NCBI GenBank assembly: GCA_963715865.1
Contig: OY970280.1
Coordinates: forward strand, 1,472,001 to 1,536,000
Direction: 5' to 3'
Source of the DNA: Candidatus Bathyarchaeota archaeon
GTDB lineage: Archaea > Thermoproteota > Bathyarchaeia > Bathyarchaeales > Bathycorpusculaceae
DNA: 64,000 nucleotides
Shown in pieces: positions 56,447-64,000 of the stretch. The notes below the pieces were generated by a model. That model worked only from the letters and a program-made list of their open reading frames with translations. It made no database searches and was not told the origin of the DNA. Position 1 is the stretch's first letter; the number at the start of each line of letters is the position of its first letter. A program made the translations under genes and the position numbers.

Positions 56447-59059
56447 TTATGGTCGTTTTCTAAGCGATAAGATTGCTAGTAAAGCAAAGCCGATGATTAT
56501 TACAGCAATTATGGCAATGACAGCAGGAACAAAGTACATGTCAGCAGCAGATTGCGGAAGAGGTGTAGCTGGGATTGGTGTTGCCGCTGGCGCGCTAGCG
56601 TAGAAGGCTGTTGCAGCTGACGATGAATAGTAGGATTGTGTGCCTGCAAAGCTTGCAATGACAGTGTAGTTGCCTGGGATATCCGGTGTCCAAGTTAAAC
56701 TGTAGGTTCCATAGACATTGCTTGTGGTGGTGCCGATAGTTCTGTAGTTGCCGTTAGAGTCAACGACGCTTATCGTAACTGGAACTCCGGTTGTGTTGGT
56801 TGGCATTGGCTGCTGCTCGTAAACGTATTCCATCCATGCGGTTTGGCTTGCGTCAGATACGGCTGGAAGACCGTTTGGAAAGTTCATTGCTACTGCATTT
56901 TGTTGTGAGCCGGCTGAGATGTCGGTAACTGTACCTGTTATCGTTACTGGTGTAGAGGTTGTTACGCCAATGTTAGGTGCTGTAACGGTCGTTTTGCTGG
57001 GTCCCATACCGAAAGCGTATAGTTGGTTGTCATAGGAATTTTCCGTTATCATGATGCCGTCTGAGATAGGGAGAGTACAGTAAGCTCCATTCCCGTCGCC
57101 GTCAAAGTCCAATATATTAAATACTAGCTGTCCAGTGGTGGCGTTTATAGCGTATAGCTCAGATCCTTTATACACTGGGGGAGTATAGCTGTGACCTGAT
57201 ACGACATAAACCATTCCATTAGCAACGAGTGCATCCGCGCTCAAAGACCAAAGAGGATAATTACCGTAGGGAACGTCATAGCCGGCGGGTCCAGTGCTCC
57301 AAAACCAGTTGAGAGCGCCTGTAGTAAGGTTATAGCAGTACACAGCTCCGCTTAGGCTCCATGTGTAAAAGTTACCGTAAGCGATAATCCCTAAACCACG
57401 GTCAAAATAACCCCATGCGTTTGTGTAGGTTGTGGAGGGCTGAGTTGGACCCCATAGCTGGTTCCCTGTAAGTATGCTATAGCCACTCCAACTCTGCAAC
57501 TGTTCATTGTATTCAGTGTAGATTCCGTTCCCCGCAGGACCCATATATATGGTTGTCCATGGTGTTATCGTTCGATTAGTTATCCAAAGCTGTTGTCCAG
57601 TTGTTAGACTGTAGCCTGCTTCAATTCTCCAACCCTCTGTAGCGTGACCGGCGGTTTCTGGCGCTGTCATTTGCATAAGTACTACCCCGGAGGCATTATC
57701 AATTTCGGAAATTCCTAAGCTGATCTGTGCGCCTTCATAAGTAGTGGCCACGGGCACGCTCCATTGGTTTCCTCCCGCCCAGTCAATAGTCGCTCCTTGA
57801 GGAGGCCGCCAAATCTCTGCAGAGCTATAAACCGTATAAGTGTTATACTTTGTTGATCCTGCTGCGATACACAGGCTTGCGTTCCACATAGTCAACTGAC
57901 CTCCTGAAACCCTGTAACTTAGCAGTTCCCCTTGTGGACCATCCACGATTGTACCAGGAGTTGCATTTGCGATGTTAAGTATCCACTGTCCTGTCATAGC
58001 TTCATACATTGACCACAAAGTGGCATTTGGTAGTGCAATGAATCCTGTTGGCATTGTACCCCCAGGGTATGTAAATAGGTATGTGTGGGCTCCGTACTGG
58101 TCTCCTGTTATGAAATTGTATACCATGCCGTATGCTAGTATTCCGTTGGTGTTCTCAGTCCATAACGTTTGTCCAGTTTGTAGGTTAACAGCGGTCAAAG
58201 GTCCTGGGTTGTTCCAAGCCCCTGGAAATTGATTGTAGTAAAGTATGCCATTGATGATTATTGGCGTCGCAAATTTTGTTTCGTACGCTGCTCCTGTCGC
58301 GTAGAGACTTGTACTGGTCGAGCCAAATTCTCCTCCAATTTGGCCTCCGAAAGCTATCGGCTTCGTCCATATTATGTGACCAGTGGTCGGCCCCGTGGTA
58401 TATGGTCTGTAGTTTCCGAGGCTAAAAGTTTCTGCCGTACCAAGCCAGTTTCCGCTGATTATGGACCATTCTCTGTTCATTGAATTTATTGGGCGTGTCC
58501 AGTAAGCAGTTGGAAGCGGAGCTGCCGGCGTGGTTGGAATTGGCTCCTCTTGTACGGTGAGTGTCACTACGTTGCTGGTGCTGGCTAAATAAGTATCGTT
58601 GACATAATCGATATACCTATTAGATTGCATAGTAGCGGTGATATAGGGGTAGGGATTCTCGTTAGTTGCGGTTTGTTGAGGGAAGTGACCAACGAAAGTG
58701 TAGTTGCCGACTTGATCGACCACTAACGAAGTCCATGTTCCTCCCGTAGGGTCAGAAGTTAACGGCCCTAGGGTTTCAGGGGTTCCGTCGGGCTTCGTAA
58801 CTGTCACTGTCATATTATGCCACCTATCCCCCCACTGGCCTTCCGCTGTTGGCGGCACACTATCTATCCAAAAGTTAACGTATGCGGTTTGACCGACTCC
58901 TACGGGGTTAGGATCTACATTGAGAAATGCGTATGTTAGAATCTGCCATGGAGGCGTATGTGCACTAGCACTTGGTATTAGTGTCATTGAAGCTGACATT
59001 GAAATTGTTAAGAGTATAGCAATCGAAATAGCTGCAATTTTATTTTTTAGCGTTTTCAT
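56447..59059 (-). CDS. Secreted, C-terminally anchored PQQ-like beta-propeller protein
   Basis: N-terminal signal peptide, repeated A.N..TG..LW units, C-terminal TM helix ending RKRP. Confidence 0.8.
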   Translation of the reverse strand: MKTLKNKIAAISIAILLTISMSASMTLIPSASAHTPPWQILTYAFLNVDPNPVGVGQTAYVNFWIDSVPPTAEGQWGDRWHNMTVTVTKPDGTPETLGPLTSDPTGGTWTSLVVDQVGNYTFVGHFPQQTATNENPYPYITATMQSNRYIDYVNDTYLASTSNVVTLTVQEEPIPTTPAAPLPTAYWTRPINSMNREWSIISGNWLGTAETFSLGNYRPYTTGPTTGHIIWTKPIAFGGQIGGEFGSTSTSLYATGAAYETKFATPIIINGILYYNQFPGAWNNPGPLTAVNLQTGQTLWTENTNGILAYGMVYNFITGDQYGAHTYLFTYPGGTMPTGFIALPNATLWSMYEAMTGQWILNIANATPGTIVDGPQGELLSYRVSGGQLTMWNASLCIAAGSTKYNTYTVYSSAEIWRPPQGATIDWAGGNQWSVPVATTYEGAQISLGISEIDNASGVVLMQMTAPETAGHATEGWRIEAGYSLTTGQQLWITNRTITPWTTIYMGPAGNGIYTEYNEQLQSWSGYSILTGNQLWGPTQPSTTYTNAWGYFDRGLGIIAYGNFYTWSLSGAVYCYNLTTGALNWFWSTGPAGYDVPYGNYPLWSLSADALVANGMVYVVSGHSYTPPVYKGSELYAINATTGQLVFNILDFDGDGNGAYCTLPISDGIMITENSYDNQLYAFGMGPSKTTVTAPNIGVTTSTPVTITGTVTDISAGSQQNAVAMNFPNGLPAVSDASQTAWMEYVYEQQPMPTNTTGVPVTISVVDSNGNYRTIGTTTSNVYGTYSLTWTPDIPGNYTVIASFAGTQSYYSSSAATAFYASAPAATPIPATPLPQSAADMYFVPAVIAIIAVIIIGFALLAILSLRKRP

Positions 59060-59200
59060 TTTGTTTTCTTCTTCCTATAATTTTATTTCCGTAAATTAGG
59101 ATGCACAGATACGCCTAATAAGCCCTGTTAGGAAGCTGCTAGACTGACAATGGCAAAAATTTATAAATGAAATGAATAATAAGTTTAAAAAGGGACCTCT

Positions 59201-60043
59201 ATGACGTGGGCAGTGGATGAGGTCAAAAAACTGGCTCATGAAGTACTGACAGAATTAGGGCTTACAACAACTCAAGCAAGAGTCTACTTTTCACTCTGCC
59301 AAGTAGGGATTTCTACGGCGAATGCGATCTCAAAAGAATCTGGCATAGCCCGCCAAGACATTTACCGAGTCCTAACCGAACTGGAAGAAATGGATTTTGT
59401 TGAAAAAACCATAACTAAACCCGTTATGTTTGAACCTGTGCCTTTGGAAGAAACCATCGACGTTATGATGAAAGAAAGAGCCAAGAAAAGCAGTGAATTG
59501 CAGACAAAAACACATGAATTAGTACAATCGTTCGTGGCGAAAAAGACCAGGCTTATAGCTGAAGAACCGCAATTCGTTTTGATCCCTAAGGGAAGAGCAA
59601 TCCTCCAGAAGGGAAAAGAAACCCTTAGGGCTACTCAGGACAGCATGGATTGCGTTACTTCGTACAAAAGATTTCTTCAAATGATGTTTACCATAAGTGG
59701 AGATATTTTTGAAACATTGAATAGAGGAGTAAAGTTTCGATTCATTTTGGACAAACCTGACGACACAAGAATGCAGTTACCAAAAAATGTTGAAGATTTC
59801 CGCAAAGCCTCGTCTTGCAGCATCAGGTACATATCGCACCCTCCACAAGCTCTAATAGCAATTTACGACAAAAGAGAAGCTCACATCGTAACTTCTCTTT
59901 ATCCAGATTTCAATGGGGCTTCAATGTTGTGGTCAAACAATCCCTCGATCGTCGGGATAATCAAGCATTACTTTGAAACAATCTGGTTCAACCAATCGGA
60001 AGCCTTTGAGAGTTTCGAGGAAAACAGCGCTCAGAATTTCTAG
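59201..60043 (+). CDS. TrmB-family transcriptional regulator
   Basis: LGLTTTQARVY...ISKESGIARQDIYRVLTELEEMDFVEK HTH plus C-terminal effector-like domain. Confidence 0.85.
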   Translation: MTWAVDEVKKLAHEVLTELGLTTTQARVYFSLCQVGISTANAISKESGIARQDIYRVLTELEEMDFVEKTITKPVMFEPVPLEETIDVMMKERAKKSSELQTKTHELVQSFVAKKTRLIAEEPQFVLIPKGRAILQKGKETLRATQDSMDCVTSYKRFLQMMFTISGDIFETLNRGVKFRFILDKPDDTRMQLPKNVEDFRKASSCSIRYISHPPQALIAIYDKREAHIVTSLYPDFNGASMLWSNNPSIVGIIKHYFETIWFNQSEAFESFEENSAQNF

Positions 60044-60419
60044 TCTATTTTCGCTTTCCATCGACACCATGCAAGATGACAAAGAAAGACTTCACTTGAT
60101 AAAATCTCAAAATGAAAAAAATTCCGCGTATGAAAATTCTCCAAGAGCACGGTTGAACTAATCCGAAGGAGTTATTAAGAAACTAAACAAAAACGAGAAA
60201 AAAAATAAGAGGTGAGATTGAGCGGGTGATATCTTCGTTGGGGATCAAATCCCGCCCGGTCCACTTCAACCAGTCTCTAGCTTCTACGCCAGATCAAAGT
60301 TACGCACTAGTTTGAAACAGATAACCAAAGCGTGTTTATTTTTCTGTTGCCAATTTCAATTTCTTTAATACCGACTTCATATTTGCTGTCAATTGTGCTA
60401 CTAAGTTGAACCCGTGATA

Positions 60420-60447
60420 TCGCGGGTTCGATTCCCGTCGGACCCGC
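60420..60447 (+). repeat. attR-like direct repeat
   Basis: TCGCGGGTTCGATTCCCGTCGGACCCGC, identical to 53541-53568 except one A/G in the T-loop. Confidence 0.9.
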
Positions 60448-60616
60448 TTCTTCAGCATTTAGTTGTTCTAAACCTTGCGTGTTAACTGATATTTTCCGTC
60501 AATTTAATTTTCGAAAAAACATTTTTAAGTTTCTTTTCTTTTCCTTCTTTCAAGCAGAATTTCGAGTGCTAACACAAAAGAAAAAGAATAGTTGCGAAAA
60601 AGAATTTAGTGCTTGA

Positions 60617-60817
60617 TTACTTCTTTGGTTTTTCAGGAGCTTTTTCAGACGCCTTTGCAGGAGCCTTCGAGGCAGTGCTTTTTGCTGTTGCTTTGACCGG
60701 TTTCATTGGTTGCTCACAACATACTATTTCGCATGCTTCACATTCACACGGATTTTCAACCATCACAACAAGACCACATTCTTCACACTTATACGCTTCA
60801 CCTTTCTTTTTTACCAA
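60617..60817 (-). CDS. Desulforedoxin-like small metal-binding protein with Lys/Ala-rich tail
   Basis: GGTGA RBS then TTG; YKCEECG.VV...CCEQPM; tail KATAKSTASKAPAKASEKAPEKPKK. Confidence 0.75.
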   Translation of the reverse strand: MVKKKGEAYKCEECGLVVMVENPCECEACEIVCCEQPMKPVKATAKSTASKAPAKASEKAPEKPKK

Positions 60818-61174
60818 AAAATCACCTTCTAAAATACCGCTATAGAATAAACTAGTTTCGAAAAATATAAAAATTTCTATAATTAACAAGTTTCTAATTT
60901 CTGGTTTCAAGAACCTTGATTAGTCGTTACCAACCATGGAAAATACGAATACGTCATGGATGAAAACAGCGACTACGTAAAGTTACTCAAGCAAGTGTAC
61001 GGTGAAAGAGTCAAAATGCCATTCGGATACTTCTCTAAAACAATCAATATCGGATTTTAAACCCAAATTTTTTCTCAATTTTTATTGAATTCTATCAATA
61101 TTAATAAAATATGATGCTTGCTGAAACAAAGCTTATATTTTGAACGGTCGAAATAAACGGCTGAAGGATGGAGT

Positions 61175-61495
61175 ATGAAGGGAGCAATAGTATTCTTAGT
61201 AGTATTTGCTATAGCGGTCGTCATAACATTGGGCAACACGTCAATTCCACCTGGAAAAGCCATTTATCAGGCACTTTTGCCTAACACAGAAGCAGCTTCT
61301 GGCTACTTAGTCGGCGGCACTGTAGATGCAGTGACTCTAATAATTGCGGTTTTCAACGGCGTCATCTACGGATTCGTAGCTTGGCTAGTGTTTACTTTGG
61401 CAACAATGGGCAGAAAGAAACAGCCACAAAACATACAGCAAGTCGTCAACGTTAACGTCGGCGACAAAAAAGACAATGCGCCGCCGTCACCTTAA
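61175..61495 (+). CDS. Hypothetical membrane protein
   Basis: Two hydrophobic segments; GGAG RBS-like sequence upstream. Confidence 0.65.
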   Translation: MKGAIVFLVVFAIAVVITLGNTSIPPGKAIYQALLPNTEAASGYLVGGTVDAVTLIIAVFNGVIYGFVAWLVFTLATMGRKKQPQNIQQVVNVNVGDKKDNAPPSP

Positions 61496-61706
61496 AACTA
61501 AATGGCAAACGAGCTAAAATTTGCCCTAATTTTTTCTATCTAACTAAATCGCTGTATAATTTTCTGGCTCCGTTTTTGCGGGATAGAAAAAGTTATAGCT
61601 TCTGGAAAGATAACTAACTTGTGAATAGATATGCAGTTTTTTACCATAACTGATTGAATCCAGTGTTAAACATAAGGTTCTCGTCGTACCCTTAAACGAT
61701 AAAGAA

Positions 61707-62063
61707 ATGAATACGCTTGTTGGTCAATGCGAAAGATGCATTCCATCAATTTCTGTTTCGTCTTTAGTTCAAAATGGACACCCATATGTTATTGTTGACT
61801 TTGGCGCTGGCGGTTCATGGAAAACAGCCATAGCCCTAGAAGAGGCTTTCGAGGATGGGCATAAAATCGGCGACGAATTGGCAGTTGGAGACGTTTTAAC
61901 AGTAATTTTAACTCCTGAATCTCAAGCGGTAAAAATTTCTAAGGATAAAGTTTACATGAACGTTCCTTTGAAAGAGGTTTTAGCGTTCAGTTTCCTGTAC
62001 ACGGCAGACATGGCGGAGAACTACGCGCTATTTAACATGTACTGGCAGCCGAAAGGCGAATAA
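61707..62063 (+). CDS. Hypothetical protein, 118 aa
   Basis: Clean ORF filling the intergenic space; no recognised family. Confidence 0.55.
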   Translation: MNTLVGQCERCIPSISVSSLVQNGHPYVIVDFGAGGSWKTAIALEEAFEDGHKIGDELAVGDVLTVILTPESQAVKISKDKVYMNVPLKEVLAFSFLYTADMAENYALFNMYWQPKGE

Positions 62064-62070
62064 ACATTTC

Positions 62071-62721
62071 TTAGCGTAGGTAACGCAGAAACCAATCTGT
62101 TGATAGTTTAGCGACTTCTTCAAGTTTGCCTGGTTCCTCAAAAAGGTGAGTAGCGCCCGGAATAATTACGAGCTTTTTTTCAGCGGACATTTGCTCCATC
62201 GCCTGCCTGTTTAGCTCAATCACCACCGTATCCAAACCGCCCACCAACAAAAGAGTCGGCGCCACCACTCTTGCAAGATAATCACCTGCTAGGTCAGGCC
62301 GTCCTCCACGCGAAACCACAGCCGCAATATCGCTTGGAAGCTTTGCAGCCGCAATTAAAGCCGCCGCCGCTCCTGTACTTGCCCCAAAATATCCGAAGAC
62401 TATATTTTTTGTATCTAGGTCTTTATTGAGCCATTCAGTTGCGCCTATCAGGCGCTCAGCGAGTAAGTTGATGTTGAACCTGTATTCTGCTGTTTCTATG
62501 TCTTCTTGGTCTTCTTCATTGGTGAGCAGGTCGAATAGTAATGTTCCGATTCTTGCCTTGTTAAACTGTTTTGCTACGTATTGGTTTCTTGGGCTGAATC
62601 TGCTGCTGCCGCTTCCATGGGCAAATAACACGACGCCTTTAGCGCCGGAAGGAACGGTTAAGTTGCCTTCTACAACTACACTGCCAACGGGAATTCTAAC
62701 AACGGTTTCTTGATGAATCAT
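62071..62721 (-). CDS. Alpha/beta hydrolase (dienelactone hydrolase-like)
   Basis: FAHGSGSSRFSPRN, GYFGASTG, SRGGRPD, GATHLFEE. Confidence 0.85.
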   Translation of the reverse strand: MIHQETVVRIPVGSVVVEGNLTVPSGAKGVVLFAHGSGSSRFSPRNQYVAKQFNKARIGTLLFDLLTNEEDQEDIETAEYRFNINLLAERLIGATEWLNKDLDTKNIVFGYFGASTGAAAALIAAAKLPSDIAAVVSRGGRPDLAGDYLARVVAPTLLLVGGLDTVVIELNRQAMEQMSAEKKLVIIPGATHLFEEPGKLEEVAKLSTDWFLRYLR

Positions 62722-63392
62722 GCCGTCACTATCCCCGCTGGTTTCTCACGACTTTTCTGTTTGCTTTGTTTGAGTAGTTGGATTACTTCTTCGTCGGTAG
62801 TTTGGTTAAAATCCGTGTAGAATTGTCCTATTGCCTGGAAATATTCAGGAGCGTAGAGACAAACGACTCGGTCTGCTTGTTTTTTTAACTCTTTAATGGT
62901 TGAAGGTGGACCAACTGGAACGGCAACGGTAACGGTGCTTGCGCCTCTGTTTTTGACTGAAGCCAAGGCTGCTTTCATAGTTGAGCCTGTAGCTATCCCG
63001 TCATCCACAATAACTACGTCGAGACCTTTTAAGCTGGGATAAGGCTCGTTTTGCCTGTATAATTTTAGCCTGCGCTCGATTTCATGTTTTTGCCGCTCGC
63101 TTTCCGCCTTAATGTAATCCCTTTGGACTCCTATGTACGTGATTAGGTTGTCGTCGAGGATTATGGTTCCGTCCTCGGTCATGGCGCCTATGGCTAATTC
63201 AGGATTGTCAGGTGCTCCAATTTTTCGTGGAATAATAACGTCTAAGGGAAGGCTGAGCGCTTTCGCGATTTCGTAGCCTACAACTACGCCGCCTCTTGGA
63301 ATTGCTAAAACAATCCCGTTTTTTCCATCAAAATCCCTCATGGCTGAAGCCAAGCGTTTTCCAGCTTCAACTCTATCCGAAAAATAAGCCAT
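62718..63392 (-). CDS. Phosphoribosyltransferase-domain protein
   Basis: LAIPRGGV, RKIGAPDNPELAIGA, IVDDGIATG; 4-nt overlap with the hydrolase gene. Confidence 0.88.
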   Translation of the reverse strand: MAYFSDRVEAGKRLASAMRDFDGKNGIVLAIPRGGVVVGYEIAKALSLPLDVIIPRKIGAPDNPELAIGAMTEDGTIILDDNLITYIGVQRDYIKAESERQKHEIERRLKLYRQNEPYPSLKGLDVVIVDDGIATGSTMKAALASVKNRGASTVTVAVPVGPPSTIKELKKQADRVVCLYAPEYFQAIGQFYTDFNQTTDEEVIQLLKQSKQKSREKPAGIVTA

Positions 63393-63505
63393 TTTTTTAT
63401 TCCTCAGAAAATTTACTGTTTGATATAGAGTAGCTTGTAATATAAAAAGTGGTTGACATCATCATTGAGGGGTATACCCCAAAAGAGCACTTGAATTTTG
63501 ACGTG

Positions 63506-64000
63506 TTAGGTTTTCTTGGTTAGCCACAGGTTCTCCTTGTCGAAGGCGAATTCGCTGAACCTTTGAATATAGTAGAGTCTTAGGTATTCGCCTGCAAACT
63601 TTGCTTGGAATGGAAGGTCTTGCGGTGAAAGACGCTTCTTCCTTCTAAGTTGTTCTTTGATGGCGGCTTCCGCAGTTGGATAGTTGAGTAGAAACTCTTT
63701 TCGCTCATTATAAACCGCCAACGTCTGCATTGTCTCATCCACGTAAGACAGGTACTTGGGCAAGTTTTCCATTATTTGGTTAATCGTGCAGTTCGATGGG
63801 TTTGCGAGAGTTTCAGTTGCTTTCTTTAGGCGTTCCCGCAAGGTGGAGTTTTTCTCCCACAAATAATCCTTTGTCGGCAATAAACGCTCAATTGCCTCTT
63901 CCTCGCTAATCAGTTCAGCATACAGCATTGAGAGCACGTCTTTGGAAATCCCGAGGAAAGATTGAATGTCATCTTTCAACGCAATAACATCTACAATGTT
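63506..64000 (-). CDS. Hypothetical protein, 5' end beyond window
   Basis: Frame stays open from 63506 to the window edge. Confidence 0.6.
   Translation of the reverse strand, partial: NIVDVIALKDDIQSFLGISKDVLSMLYAELISEEEAIERLLPTKDYLWEKNSTLRERLKKATETLANPSNCTINQIMENLPKYLSYVDETMQTLAVYNERKEFLLNYPTAEAAIKEQLRRKKRLSPQDLPFQAKFAGEYLRLYYIQRFSEFAFDKENLWLTKKT

Larger units (their letters stand above)
53541..60447. mobile_element. tRNA-Lys-integrated element, 6879 bp between repeats
   Basis: 28-bp direct repeats with 1 mismatch; tyrosine integrase next to the tRNA; nuclease, ParB-N and RHH genes inside. Confidence 0.88.

Noticed and set aside
56447-59059. True PQQ-dependent alcohol/methanol dehydrogenase
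   Set aside because: Only propeller repeats recognised; no vicinal Cys-Cys or catalytic signature seen; no pqq genes in the window
53541-60447. Complete provirus
   Set aside because: No recognisable capsid, terminase, portal, packaging ATPase or replication genes; too small
133-63979. Many 60-180 aa ORFs antisense to or overlapping well-supported genes (e.g. 424-930, 10697-11248, 17266-17802, 51713-52243, 54328-54822)
   Set aside because: Shadow ORFs of real genes, with no motifs of their own

Overview
Archaeal chromosomal segment, most likely Bathyarchaeia or a close TACK relative. This is inferred from fused RpoA, unsplit RpoB, rpl30e, archaeal NusA, Cdc6, NucS, BHB-type tRNA introns, a CdvA-like protein and a membrane-anchored PQQ-like beta-propeller. 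Mostly housekeeping and metabolic genes: LsrF-type aldolase + Zn dehydrogenase, APC permease, PAS kinase, cdc6-wHTH-moaCBA, ppa and hppA, rpoB-rpoA-rpl30e-nusA, AOR + ferredoxin + MoaD, glpX, P1B ATPase, valS, aspartate dehydrogenase. Highlights: (1) a translationally coupled three-gene operon encoding a short SMC ATPase with SMC5/6-type motifs and no recognisable hinge, a kleisin-like protein and a MAGE/Nse3-like tandem winged-helix (KITE-like) protein, i.e. a candidate archaeal proto-SMC5/6 complex; (2) a canonical-looking TPP riboswitch upstream of thiT plus a PurM-like gene; (3) a 6.9 kb element integrated in tRNA-Lys(TTT) with 28-bp att repeats, an atypical tyrosine integrase, VRR-NUC-like, ParB-N and RHH genes, and beta-propeller/TrmB cargo; (4) tRNA-Leu(CAA) with two BHB introns; (5) a helically phased four-copy inverted motif upstream of a metal-binding RHH gene; (6) six frameshifts consistent with one extra base in a short homopolymer run, including in valS, probably sequencing/assembly error. 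All family assignments come from motif recognition by eye, not database searches. No CRISPR array or rRNA was seen.
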